From NCBI GenBank assembly GCA_965208615.1, contig CBDBPB010000003.1, forward strand, positions 64,001 through 128,000: a DNA stretch of 64,000 nt. Direction: 5' to 3'. Each line of letters starts with the position of its first letter. The stretch's first letter is position 1. This document shows, piece by piece, positions 1-10,365 of this stretch. The notes below the pieces were generated by a model. That model was not told the DNA's origin, made no database searches, and saw nothing but the letters and a program-made list of their open reading frames with translations. This DNA is from Spirochaetota bacterium (GTDB lineage: Bacteria > Spirochaetota > UBA6919 > CBDBPB01). Made by a program: the position numbers and the translations under genes.

Positions 1-95
1 TGATGACAAGTAATAATAATCCTGTTATAATTAAAGGTATAGATGATGAAGATTATATTTCTGTTATAATGCCAATGAAGATAGCTGATGATTAA
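1..95 (+). CDS. dnaN: 3' end of DNA polymerase III beta clamp (partial, window edge)
   Basis: Frame from position 3 reads MTSNNNPVIIKGIDDEDYISVIMPMKIADD*. The Y-x-x-V-I-M-P-M-K ending is typical of beta clamps. Not in the ORF track. Confidence 0.8.
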   Translation, partial: MTSNNNPVIIKGIDDEDYISVIMPMKIADD

Positions 96-136
96 TCTTA
101 TCCTACATAGCTTTGTGGATAGTATATTATTATAAT

Positions 137-871
137 ATGAAATGTATTATTTTATCTGATATTCACTCCAATTTAGAGGCTTTACAAGAAGTTATAAAAA
201 AGGTTGATAGTATTGGCTATGATAAAATAATATGTTTGGGGGATGTTGTTGGATACGGTCCCTTTCCTAATCAATGTTGCCAGTTATTGTTTGAAAGAAA
301 TCCGTTATTAATTATTGGTAATCATGATAGAGCCGCAATAAATATTGAAGAAAGTAGATGGTTTAACAGATATGCTGAACAGGCCGCTATATGGACATAT
401 AAAAACCTAAATCAAAGGTATAAAGACTTACTTAACAATCTAAAACCTATAAAAGTTATTAATTATTTAGATGGTCTTAATTTTGTTATGGTTCATGGGG
501 CTATTAGTCATGCCGATGACTATATTTTATCCAAAGATAAAGCACATTATAATATTACACTTCTTAAAAGTAATTTTTCGGATATACATATTTGTTTTTA
601 TGGTCATACTCACATAAAAAAGGTATGGGGATTCGATAATAATAACGACTATAATTTTAAAATAGATATAAAAAACTATTATTTAATTAATCCTGGTAGC
701 GTTGGACAACCGCGAGATAGGGATACAAAAGCATCTTTTATAATGTTTGATACACTATCAGGAGAGATAAAGTATCATTTGGTTGAATATGATATTGAGA
801 AAACAGTGTATGCGATTAAAGAGGCTGGTTTGCCGTCCTATTTAGCTGAGCGTCTTCTTGTTGGCGTATAA
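137..871 (+). CDS. Calcineurin-like metallophosphoesterase
   Basis: Motifs SDIHSN, LGDVVGYG, GNHD, HG, GHTH and NPGSVGQPRD. ATG at 137 is preferred over the TTG at 113. Confidence 0.9.
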   Translation: MKCIILSDIHSNLEALQEVIKKVDSIGYDKIICLGDVVGYGPFPNQCCQLLFERNPLLIIGNHDRAAINIEESRWFNRYAEQAAIWTYKNLNQRYKDLLNNLKPIKVINYLDGLNFVMVHGAISHADDYILSKDKAHYNITLLKSNFSDIHICFYGHTHIKKVWGFDNNNDYNFKIDIKNYYLINPGSVGQPRDRDTKASFIMFDTLSGEIKYHLVEYDIEKTVYAIKEAGLPSYLAERLLVGV

Positions 872-903
872 CATTATTAAAAAACAATATATTAGGAGAT
901 AAC

Positions 904-2151
904 TTGAACTTTATTGCTGATCTACATATACACTCACACTACTCAATAGCCACCAGTAAGAACTTAACTCCTGAATATATAGACTATTGGGCAATGATAA
1001 AAGGGATTAATGTTATTGGTACTGGGGATGCTATTCATTTGGGTTGGAGTAAGGAATTAAAAAATAAATTATTGAAGTCTAGTAATGGATTATACAGGCT
1101 AAAGGATGAGTATAAGCTGGATGAGGCTATTTCTATGGGTCATAAGGGCCTAGCAAAAGATGTATATTTTATGTTAACGGGTGAAGTTAGCTCTATTTAT
1201 AAAAAGAATGGTAAAGTGCGTAAGGTGCATAATATATGTGTATTTCCAGACTTTGATGCTCTTGATAAGGTGCAAAATAAACTTGATGCCATAGGTAATA
1301 TAAGATCAGACGGCAGACCAATTTTAGGATTAGACTCGAAAGACTTATTGGATATGGTATTAAAGTCTTCTGATAGTTCATTTCTTATACCGGCACATAT
1401 TTGGACTCCATGGTTCTCTGTTTTGGGATCAAGGTCTGGATTTGATAGCATAGAGGAGTGTTTTGAAGATTTAAGTCCTTATATCTTTGCGTTAGAGACT
1501 GGACTATCTAGTGATCCGCCTATGAATAGGCTGTGTAGTATTTTGGATAAATATAGATTTATATCCAATTCGGATGCACACTCCCTAAACAGATTAGGGC
1601 GTGAGGCTAATATATTTGATACTGATATGTCCTATAAGGGCATATATAACGCCTTAAAACACGGTGATGGGTTTATTAGTACTATAGAGTTCTTCCCACA
1701 AGAGGGTAAATACCACTATGACGGACATAGAAAATGTAATATTTGTTGGAGTCCATTTAAGACAATTGAGAATAATGGTATTTGCCCTGTTTGTAATAAG
1801 CAGGTTACTATGGGGGTTATGAACAGGGTAATAGAGTTATCTGATCGTAAGGAGCCTATAAAACTGGAGTCTTTTTATTCTATTACGCAATTATCTAGTT
1901 TATTGGCTGAGATTATGAATATAAAGTCTGATTTAGCTAAGACTGTTCAAAGGGAGTATTTTCGTTTAATTAGTGAGATGGGTTCGGAGTTTTATATACT
2001 ACTTTTTGCCAATTTGAGTGAGATAAAGCATTATGGTGGTGAGGCTTTATCCGAGGGGATACGAAGGTTAAGAAATGCTGAGGTGATAATAAAGAACGGC
2101 TTTGATGGTGAGTTTGGTCAGGTAAGGGTATTTCAAAATAAAGGTGATTAG
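904..2151 (+). CDS. PHP-domain endonuclease Q family protein (stand-alone)
   Basis: ADLHIHSHYS, GRPILG, PAHIWTPW, ETGLSSDP, SNSDAHS, GKYHYDGHRKC, CPVC zinc ribbon and GFDGEFG C-terminus. Confidence 0.85.
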   Translation: MNFIADLHIHSHYSIATSKNLTPEYIDYWAMIKGINVIGTGDAIHLGWSKELKNKLLKSSNGLYRLKDEYKLDEAISMGHKGLAKDVYFMLTGEVSSIYKKNGKVRKVHNICVFPDFDALDKVQNKLDAIGNIRSDGRPILGLDSKDLLDMVLKSSDSSFLIPAHIWTPWFSVLGSRSGFDSIEECFEDLSPYIFALETGLSSDPPMNRLCSILDKYRFISNSDAHSLNRLGREANIFDTDMSYKGIYNALKHGDGFISTIEFFPQEGKYHYDGHRKCNICWSPFKTIENNGICPVCNKQVTMGVMNRVIELSDRKEPIKLESFYSITQLSSLLAEIMNIKSDLAKTVQREYFRLISEMGSEFYILLFANLSEIKHYGGEALSEGIRRLRNAEVIIKNGFDGEFGQVRVFQNKGD

Positions 2152-2311
2152 GATTATTATTTAGAGATGCAATATTGGCTGAGATATGTTTATATATAAC
2201 TTGTAATTAACCATTACAAATTAGTATTGTTTTTTATATAAATTGGGTTACCTTTTGAATAAGTTATTCTTTAATTTAAAGTTAGCTTGTTAATTAAAGA
2301 GGTTAAACAAA

Positions 2312-3157
2312 ATGTATAAAGATAATATTAATAAAGTGTTTAGATTAGTCCTGCCAATAATTATAGTATTGCTTTTAGGTTGTGAAAAAGAAAAGATAGA
2401 CTTAAAAGTTTTATTTCTTGGGAATAGCCTTACCTTTTTTCATGATGTACCAGGAACGTTAAAGTCTATTGCTTTATTAGGAGGACTAAACATTAAGGTG
2501 GATAGCTACTCTCCTGGTGGATCAGGCATTACGACTAAAAAACATAACCCAGAGGCTGAAGAGAAGTTTAACTCAGATAGATGGGATTATATTATTTTAC
2601 AAGGACAATCATCTGAACATGAGAACTTCCTAACTAATAATTATTATGGATACATGCTCCAAGATTATAAAAATATAATAAATCGCTATAGAGCTAATGG
2701 GGCAAAGATAATTTTATATATGACATGGAATATTAATACAGAGGTTAAGTCATGTGGAGGAAACTGTCTTCCGTACGTATGTGGAGACTGTTATAACTAC
2801 ACATATACATGTAAAGAAGTCAGTTCTAACTACACAGGACTAGGACGTGAAACTAAAACCTATGTTGCTCCAGCGGGTCTTGCTTTTGAAAAAGCATATC
2901 TATTAGCAGGTTTTAATGGTAGAAACTCATTATTATTTGAGTATAACGACTATCATCAATCCAGATATGGCACGTATTTAGTAGCCAGTACGATATACAG
3001 CACTATTACTGATAAATCATCTGCTAATTATGATCTAAAGGCAATGGGTTATCGTAATGACGAACTACAAGTACTTAACAAGATTAAACACGTACCATGG
3101 GAGGTATATTCTAAGTATAAAAAGGATAATGAGGGTAGTGATATTAAGTTTAATTAG
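2312..3157 (+). CDS. SGNH/GDSL hydrolase-fold lipoprotein
   Basis: Signal peptide with lipobox LLLGC, block I VLFLGNS, WDYIILQGQS and a D-x-H block V (NDYHQS). Confidence 0.7.
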   Translation: MYKDNINKVFRLVLPIIIVLLLGCEKEKIDLKVLFLGNSLTFFHDVPGTLKSIALLGGLNIKVDSYSPGGSGITTKKHNPEAEEKFNSDRWDYIILQGQSSEHENFLTNNYYGYMLQDYKNIINRYRANGAKIILYMTWNINTEVKSCGGNCLPYVCGDCYNYTYTCKEVSSNYTGLGRETKTYVAPAGLAFEKAYLLAGFNGRNSLLFEYNDYHQSRYGTYLVASTIYSTITDKSSANYDLKAMGYRNDELQVLNKIKHVPWEVYSKYKKDNEGSDIKFN

Positions 3158-3162
3158 TTATA

Positions 3163-3723
3163 TTAGTTTTGAGGTGGATGATTTAGTTTAAAGGTTTTTC
3201 TAAACTTATTCAATTTAGGCTTTATAACAAACATACAATATGGATTATCTAGATTCTGATTATAGTAGTTTTTATGATAATCTTCTGCCTCATAGAAGTT
3301 TTTTAGATTAGTAATCTCTGTTACAATGGGATTACTATAATATTTTTGTACTGTCTTTTTAATATTTTCTACTATTTCTTTTTGTTTATCGTTATGGCAA
3401 AATATAACAGACCTATACTGAGTACCAATATCATTACCTTGTTTGTTAAGGGTTGTGGGATCATGTATTTGCCAGAAGATAGTTAAAATATCTTCACAGC
3501 TTATAACCTTGGAATTAAAACTAAGTTGAACAACCTCTGCATAATTAGTTTTACCAGTTATAACTTTATCATAAGTGGGGTTTTCTATTTCACCACCAGA
3601 GTAGCCTGGTATTACAGAGTATATACCTTTAACTTCGTTAAAAATAACCTCTATACACCAAAAACAACCACCACCAATGGTTATTTTGTCTATATCATCA
3701 GAATTATGTTTATAATTATCCAT
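3163..3723 (-). CDS. msrA: Peptide methionine (S)-sulfoxide reductase
   Basis: GGGCFWC active site, HDPTTLNKQGND, QYRS and FYEAEDYH. Confidence 0.97.
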   Translation of the reverse strand: MDNYKHNSDDIDKITIGGGCFWCIEVIFNEVKGIYSVIPGYSGGEIENPTYDKVITGKTNYAEVVQLSFNSKVISCEDILTIFWQIHDPTTLNKQGNDIGTQYRSVIFCHNDKQKEIVENIKKTVQKYYSNPIVTEITNLKNFYEAEDYHKNYYNQNLDNPYCMFVIKPKLNKFRKTFKLNHPPQN

Positions 3724-3808
3724 AGTTTTAAATTTATAAAATGCGTAGCTAGTAAATACTACTTAAAATAATAACTCAACTTATTACATAAACAAAGAAA
3801 ACTTTTAT

Positions 3809-4210
3809 TTAGTTTTTTATAAATTCTAAAGCTTCTGAGTTTATACAATATCTTAATCCTGTTGGAGCTGGTCCATCTTTAAACACATGTCCTAGATGCC
3901 CATTACAACGACTACATATAACTTCAACCCTAACCATATTATGACCATAATCTTTGATTTCGTCTAAACCTTTTTTTGATAGCGGCTTATAAAAGCTTGG
4001 CCATCCGCTACCAGAGTCAAACTTATTCTCTGAACTAAAAAGCTCATTCTTACATGCAACGCATATAAAGATACCATTTTCTTTTAGATCGTTATATTTG
4101 CCCAAAAAAGGCTTTTCTGTACCTTTTTCTCTTAGTATATGATATTGTTCAGAAGTTAAGAGTTTTTTCCATTCTTTATCGCTTTTGATTATTTTATCAT
4201 TATTGGACAT
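3809..4210 (-). CDS. msrB: Peptide methionine (R)-sulfoxide reductase
   Basis: KFDSGSGWPSF, HLGHVF and GLRYCINS, plus two CxxC motifs. Confidence 0.97.
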   Translation of the reverse strand: MSNNDKIIKSDKEWKKLLTSEQYHILREKGTEKPFLGKYNDLKENGIFICVACKNELFSSENKFDSGSGWPSFYKPLSKKGLDEIKDYGHNMVRVEVICSRCNGHLGHVFKDGPAPTGLRYCINSEALEFIKN

Positions 4211-4297
4211 ATTCTTCTATACCTTTTTTATAATAACGTTTTATAGCGGTTGATTACTGATATTAAATTTTTAATTAATATTCTTAGTTAAAGTGTT

Positions 4298-6361
4298 TTG
4301 TTAGTTGATAATTCTATATATAATAAAAATCTAAATACTAGAATATTAAGTAAGTTACAAAGTATTATTATGATAGATAAAAATAAAAAAATTAAGCATA
4401 CATCTACTGATGATATAATGAATTTCCAAATACTTTTTCAAAAAGCTCGCAATATGACTAGGTTTAAAGACTATAGTGATAAAGAGTTAAAAGAAAGTTT
4501 GATTAAGTTTATATTTTCTAGTGAGACTACACCGAGTAATAAGAAATCAAAAACAGATTCCAATTATAAAGATGAAAATAATCTAAACATAGAAAAAGTT
4601 TTTAACGAAATAGAAAAAGTATTTAAAGAAGAAAGAACTAAAAACGAAGCTATACAAAAATATAAAAATGAAATACTAGACTATAAAAAACAATCCCTTG
4701 AAGAAATTAAAACTAACCTTCCGCTAATATTTAATTCTGACAGCATAAATAAACTACTATTCAAATTGGCAAAGAAAATTAAAATATATAAGGATAACAT
4801 ATTTTGGGACTTTTATCAGTATAAGGATAAAGATTTTAAATTGTTTAAAAAAAGAGTAACTATTGAATATTATTCCCTTAAAACTAGTACCATAGAAAAA
4901 ATGTGGTATAGATTATCTGGTCAGAAGCAAAATAAAATTAAGCAAATGGATCCCTTTATGCATATCGTTATAGCACCCTTTCCTAATAGAAAGAAAAACT
5001 ATGGTACAAATACTTTTAAGGCTCGTTCTCAGGAAGAAAAATGGTTAGAGTTAGCTTTTGGTACCCATCAATCAAAGGATAAGGAATATACAATAAATAA
5101 CTATTCGGAGTTAAGCCTTAATAACATTATTAATAACTTATCAAAAGAGTTTGACTTTATTTTGTCTAATGCTAATATTAAAATAGCCATTAGCGAAGAA
5201 AATATAAATGAAGCTAATGAAGGATTAATTTTTAAGTTTATATCAGAAAGCTTTTTGGCTGTAATTAAAATATTTACTACTTTTGAACATATTGTATTTT
5301 CTGTTCCATTTACTGAGAATCATCCTCTTCATTCTATCCACTTATTATATTTTACTACATGGTGCTACGTTAAGTGGATTAGCTTTTTAGAAAAAACTTT
5401 GTATGAAAGAAAAAGTTATATTACTCCCTATGGTGAAACAGGAACTATTTGTCTGATTGACATTTTTAAAAAAATTAAGGAAAATATAAATGATGAATTA
5501 GAAAATAGTTCGAGTGATCTCAATAGTTTTTATGATCAATTTCATAAACACGAACAAATTATCAAAAATATAGATTTATATATTGACTCTATACGAGAGC
5601 TTAAAAAAAGATTTAAATCTTTAGTTAACTCATTGTTGGGGGATCTTATAAAAGATTATTTTGTGCAAAATGATATTATACTAAATTATAATATTGATAA
5701 CCATGGTAATATAACAATTGATAATGCTATCAAAATGGTAAAAGGAAGTCTTATAACTAAAATTATGTCTTTTTTTAAGCCTATAGAAGAAGAAAAACCA
5801 GTTTATATAAAACCTGATGTCCAAATACAAAAAGAACCGCTAAAACCTATGTCTATTTTTAAAGAGAAAATTAATTATTCCACTAAAAAAGATTATTCTT
5901 CTTATCGCAGAATATTAGAGGACTTATTTATTATTACTTTTGCTCTTAGTAAAGCTTTTAACGATAACTTTGATTTAAAAAATCAGTTTAAACCTATGTA
6001 TGATAAAGTGGATAAATATAGTTATTTAAAATCAAATACATTTTTCACTAGTCATAAAGATATTGATTTTGAACAAATTATGAAATTACAAGACTCCTTT
6101 GACGGGATGATAATAACAAAGGTCTTTGGAGAAGAGTTAATAAAAGAAATTAAGGAAAAAAAGGAACAAAGTAAAATAAATACAAAGATAAACGAAATAG
6201 AAGAATATTTAACTAAGTTTTATACTAAATTAAAGGATAGTTCTGGTATTCTTGGAATATTATCTCAAAATAGAGCTAATTATGAGAAATACACTGTTCT
6301 TTTGAATAAGTTCTATATTATTTATACAGAGTTTGAAAAAGTAACTAAAGAGATAAAATAA
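4298..6361 (+). CDS. Hypothetical protein (687 aa, K/E/N-rich, probably helical)
   Basis: Long uninterrupted ORF in AT-rich DNA. No motif recognised and the start codon is uncertain. Confidence 0.7.
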   Translation: MLVDNSIYNKNLNTRILSKLQSIIMIDKNKKIKHTSTDDIMNFQILFQKARNMTRFKDYSDKELKESLIKFIFSSETTPSNKKSKTDSNYKDENNLNIEKVFNEIEKVFKEERTKNEAIQKYKNEILDYKKQSLEEIKTNLPLIFNSDSINKLLFKLAKKIKIYKDNIFWDFYQYKDKDFKLFKKRVTIEYYSLKTSTIEKMWYRLSGQKQNKIKQMDPFMHIVIAPFPNRKKNYGTNTFKARSQEEKWLELAFGTHQSKDKEYTINNYSELSLNNIINNLSKEFDFILSNANIKIAISEENINEANEGLIFKFISESFLAVIKIFTTFEHIVFSVPFTENHPLHSIHLLYFTTWCYVKWISFLEKTLYERKSYITPYGETGTICLIDIFKKIKENINDELENSSSDLNSFYDQFHKHEQIIKNIDLYIDSIRELKKRFKSLVNSLLGDLIKDYFVQNDIILNYNIDNHGNITIDNAIKMVKGSLITKIMSFFKPIEEEKPVYIKPDVQIQKEPLKPMSIFKEKINYSTKKDYSSYRRILEDLFIITFALSKAFNDNFDLKNQFKPMYDKVDKYSYLKSNTFFTSHKDIDFEQIMKLQDSFDGMIITKVFGEELIKEIKEKKEQSKINTKINEIEEYLTKFYTKLKDSSGILGILSQNRANYEKYTVLLNKFYIIYTEFEKVTKEIK

Positions 6362-6405
6362 GTAGTTATAGCTTTTTTATCTAATTTTGTATATTAAAGG
6401 GGGAA

Positions 6406-7764
6406 ATGTTGTCTAAACTATGGCAGAGGGATAAATACGATAAACTTGATAAATCTATTGAGAAGTTCGAAGTTGGAGAGGACTATCTTTTAGATTCTAA
6501 ATTAGTAGAATATGATATATATGGTTCTATTGCTCATTGTAGGATGTTGACAAAAATTGGTATTTTGGATAATAATGAGTTTAGTAAAATTAAAACTGAG
6601 CTTATTAACATTTTGGATAAGCATAAAAAACAGGATTTTATAATATCTGTTGAAGATGAGGACATCCATACAAAAGTCGAAAACTATCTTACGGAAAGAT
6701 TGGGTGAGACTGCTAAAAAACTCCATACTGCACGGAGTAGAAATGATCAAGTTTTATTGGATATACGACTATATACAAAAAAAGAACTTATAACACTAAA
6801 AGAAGCTATATTAGATTTAGCCTATAAACTTTTTACTTTTGCTAAAAAGTATGAGTTCATCCCTATGCCTGGGTATACTCATATGCAACTGGCAATGCCG
6901 TCATCCATTGGAATGTGGTCTGGTGCGTTTATAGAGTCTATATTGGATGAGCTGTCTTTTATAAATTATGTTTATAATCTTAATGATCAGTGTCCCCTTG
7001 GATCTGGTGCGGGATATGGAGTCTCTATTCCAATTGACAGAGAAATGACTGCTAAGGATTTAGGTTTTAAAAAGTTACAAGTTAATTCGCTTTATTGTAG
7101 TAATTCTAGAGGTAAAATAGAGGCAAATACTATATCAGCCATAGTTAGCCTCGGATTAGTGATGAATAAAATATCGTCCGACCTTTTGCTTTTTACTACT
7201 AAGGAATTCGACTTCTTTGATATTGAAGAGGGAATTACTACTGGTAGCTCGATTATGCCTCAAAAAAAGAATCTTGATGTTCTTGAGTTGATAAGGGCTA
7301 AGATATCCTCTCTTATTGGGTTAGAGCTTTCTATAAAGAGTTTGATTACTAATTTGCCATCGGGATATAATAGAGATTTTCAGGATACAAAAAAGTTCCT
7401 GATTAACGCTTTTGAGATTATCCTGCCCATTTTATCCATTATGAGCCTGGTGATAGAGGGTTTAAGGCCTAAAGAGGATAAGTTAATCAAAGCTCACAAA
7501 AAGGAGATATATTCAACAAATGAAGCTTATAAGCTTGTACTAAACGATAAAATAGCTTTTAGGGATGCCTATAAACAAATTGCTAATAGTCTTGATAAAT
7601 TAGAATCATATAATCCCTATGACGTTGTTAAATCTACTAAGGTTATAGGTAGTACAGGGAATCTTAAGCTCGATGACTATTCTAATATTATAGAAAAAGA
7701 AAAGAACTTGGTATTAAATGAAAAATCTGTTATAGAAACGCACTTTAAAAAGCTATTGGAGTAA
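6406..7764 (+). CDS. argH: Argininosuccinate lyase
   Basis: EDIH, LHTARSRNDQV, MPGYTHMQ and the GSSIMPQKKN signature. Confidence 0.96.
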   Translation: MLSKLWQRDKYDKLDKSIEKFEVGEDYLLDSKLVEYDIYGSIAHCRMLTKIGILDNNEFSKIKTELINILDKHKKQDFIISVEDEDIHTKVENYLTERLGETAKKLHTARSRNDQVLLDIRLYTKKELITLKEAILDLAYKLFTFAKKYEFIPMPGYTHMQLAMPSSIGMWSGAFIESILDELSFINYVYNLNDQCPLGSGAGYGVSIPIDREMTAKDLGFKKLQVNSLYCSNSRGKIEANTISAIVSLGLVMNKISSDLLLFTTKEFDFFDIEEGITTGSSIMPQKKNLDVLELIRAKISSLIGLELSIKSLITNLPSGYNRDFQDTKKFLINAFEIILPILSIMSLVIEGLRPKEDKLIKAHKKEIYSTNEAYKLVLNDKIAFRDAYKQIANSLDKLESYNPYDVVKSTKVIGSTGNLKLDDYSNIIEKEKNLVLNEKSVIETHFKKLLE

Positions 7765-7826
7765 ACTTGCTAATCTAAATAACCTAACTTTAACAGATAA
7801 GGCTTATTAATAGTTTAGGATTATGT

Positions 7827-9125
7827 TTAGAAAAATATATCTCTTTCTTTAGCGGTTTTTGTTAGCTCATCCCTAAACTTCGGATGAGCAATATTTATTA
7901 ATGCTTTTGCTCTTTGTTTAAGGTTTTTACCGTGTAAGTATGCAATTCCGTATTCTGTTATAACATAGTGTACATCGGCTCTACTGGTAACCACCCCAGC
8001 TCCTTTATCTATGAATGCAACGATCTTGCTAATAGCCTCATTTTTAGTGGTAGAAGGCAGTGCTATTACAGGTTTACCTCCTTTTGACCTACTTGCACCT
8101 CTAATAAAGTCTACTTGTCCGCCGAATCCACTGTATATTCTTGTTCCAATGGAGTCTGATACAACTTGTCCTGTGATATCAACCTGTATGGCACTATTAA
8201 TAGCAACCATATTATCATTTTTACTAATATTAAATGGATCATTAATATAATCAATTGGATGTAGTTCAAACATGGGATTATTATCTATATATTTAAACAG
8301 CTTATTAGTACCTAATGCAAAGCCAGCAGTAATCTTACCCTGATGAAGATTCTTCTTTTCATTAGTAATAACTCCTTTTTGAATAAGGCCAATAATCCCA
8401 TCAGAAAACATCTCAGTATGAATGCCTAAGTCTCTTTTGTTTTCTAAGTAAAAAAGAACGGCATCAGGTATACCTCCAATGCCCATTTGTAGAGTAGAAC
8501 CATCATCAATAAGGTCAGCAACGTTTTTACCTATTTTCTTAAACAGATCAGACATATCACCCATTTTTAGCTCTGGTAGAGGAATAGAGTTGGGTACTAA
8601 ATAACTTATTTTACTAATATGTATAAAACTATTCCCCAAAACCCTTGGCATTTGATCATTTATTTCAGCAATAATGATTTTAGCAGACTCTGTAGCGGGC
8701 TTTGTAACCCCTACCTCAACACCATAACTACAAAAACCGTGTTCATCAGGGGGAGTAAGGGTAACCATTGCAACATCTATCGGTAATAAGTTTTGTCTAA
8801 AAAGTCGTGGAATCTCTCCCAAAAAAACAGGTATATAATTTGCATTACCCCTATTAACTGCATCTCGTACATTTCCTCCAACAAAAAGGGCATTCAACTG
8901 AAAATGATTTCTCATTTCTTGTCTTGTATAATCCGCCTTACCGGTTGTGAGTATATGTACAACCTCAACGTTATTAAGCTCATTAGCCCTATTAACCAAA
9001 GAATTAGCCAAGTGTTCGGGTGAGCCGCATCCACCACCAATATATATTCTATTTCCGGACTTTATGCATTTAACAGCATCTTCACCACTAACTACTTTAT
9101 TTTTATAGTTTTCAATCCAATTCAT
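7827..9125 (-). CDS. Acetyl-CoA hydrolase/transferase family (4-hydroxybutyrate CoA-transferase-like)
   Basis: LQMGIGGIP, GIHTEMFSDG, SGFGGQVDFIRGA, VITEYGIA and IAHPKFR. Confidence 0.92.
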   Translation of the reverse strand: MNWIENYKNKVVSGEDAVKCIKSGNRIYIGGGCGSPEHLANSLVNRANELNNVEVVHILTTGKADYTRQEMRNHFQLNALFVGGNVRDAVNRGNANYIPVFLGEIPRLFRQNLLPIDVAMVTLTPPDEHGFCSYGVEVGVTKPATESAKIIIAEINDQMPRVLGNSFIHISKISYLVPNSIPLPELKMGDMSDLFKKIGKNVADLIDDGSTLQMGIGGIPDAVLFYLENKRDLGIHTEMFSDGIIGLIQKGVITNEKKNLHQGKITAGFALGTNKLFKYIDNNPMFELHPIDYINDPFNISKNDNMVAINSAIQVDITGQVVSDSIGTRIYSGFGGQVDFIRGASRSKGGKPVIALPSTTKNEAISKIVAFIDKGAGVVTSRADVHYVITEYGIAYLHGKNLKQRAKALINIAHPKFRDELTKTAKERDIFF

Positions 9126-9148
9126 AATATATTTTATCCGACGAATTG

Positions 9149-10258
9149 CTAAATAATAGACTTAACCTTAAGACCGAATAAATCTCCGATAATTTTTTTT
9201 GTACAAAATCCTTTATGAGTATAGATTCCTTGAACAAATCCCAAGTCTTTTTGGATTAGTCCTTCTATTCCCACTTTTCCAATATCTATGAGATACGGTA
9301 AAATAGCATTTGTAAGAGCAGAAGTTGCTGTTCTGGAAACCATAGACGGAACATTGGGAACACAATAATGTATTACATTATGAATATTTATAACAGGATC
9401 TGTAATAGTAGTTGGACGACTGGTTTCTATACACCCGCCCTGATCAATAGAGAAATCCATTATAAGGGATTGAGGTTTCATAGTTTTGACCATATCTTCA
9501 CTAACCAAAAGTGGAGACTTTGCACCATGAATATATATACATCCAATTAAAACATCAGCAAATTGAACCATTTTACTTATATTATGAGGAGTGGCTGTAG
9601 CAGTGATTACCTGTTTATTTGTAATTGCCTCTATTTTTCTTAGATTATCAATGTTAATATCCAATATAACTACTTGACATCCTAAAGATATAAACGACAT
9701 AGTGGCATTTCTACCCACAACTCCACTACCTAAAATGACTATAGTTGCGGGTGGTACACCAGGAATGCCTCCTAATAAAATACCTTTACCACCATATTGA
9801 TTTTGTAAAAATTGAGCGGCAATATGTATACCAAGACGTCCAGCTATTTGGCTCATAGGGGATAGTATAGGAGGTCTACCAGATTCACTTCCTTCAATAA
9901 CCTCATAGCCGATAATAGTGATTTTTTTGTTGAGGAGTTTTTCTAAGGATTCTTTTTTAGCAACGGCCATATGGTGGAAACTAAAAACTTTTTGTTTGTT
10001 TACTAATAAGTTAATTTCTGTATCAGTAAGGGGGGATACCTTTAAGAGAATTTCACCTCTTTTAAAGGCCTCATCTGTGGAATAAACAATTTGTCCTCCA
10101 GCTTTAACAAAGTCTTCATCTGGATGACCACAATCATTACCAGCACCTGATTCAATAAAAACTCTATGTCCCAAATGAGTAAGGGAGGAAACTCCACTTG
10201 GGTTTAGCCCTACTCTGGACTCGTTAACCTGATTCTCTTTGACTATGGTAAAATCCAT
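9149..10258 (-). CDS. ald: Alanine dehydrogenase family protein
   Basis: NESRVG, PMSQIAGR, GKGILLGGIPGV, GSGVVG Rossmann motif, IDQGGCIET and HYCVPNVP. Confidence 0.88.
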   Translation of the reverse strand: MDFTIVKENQVNESRVGLNPSGVSSLTHLGHRVFIESGAGNDCGHPDEDFVKAGGQIVYSTDEAFKRGEILLKVSPLTDTEINLLVNKQKVFSFHHMAVAKKESLEKLLNKKITIIGYEVIEGSESGRPPILSPMSQIAGRLGIHIAAQFLQNQYGGKGILLGGIPGVPPATIVILGSGVVGRNATMSFISLGCQVVILDINIDNLRKIEAITNKQVITATATPHNISKMVQFADVLIGCIYIHGAKSPLLVSEDMVKTMKPQSLIMDFSIDQGGCIETSRPTTITDPVINIHNVIHYCVPNVPSMVSRTATSALTNAILPYLIDIGKVGIEGLIQKDLGFVQGIYTHKGFCTKKIIGDLFGLKVKSII

Positions 10259-10365
10259 ATAAATCTACTCATATAGTTTAGTATTACAAAGCATATATCA
10301 ATAGCCTTAATTTATAAGGCCTTAATATGCATTAAGTAACACCTTAATAACTAGAATAGATTTAT

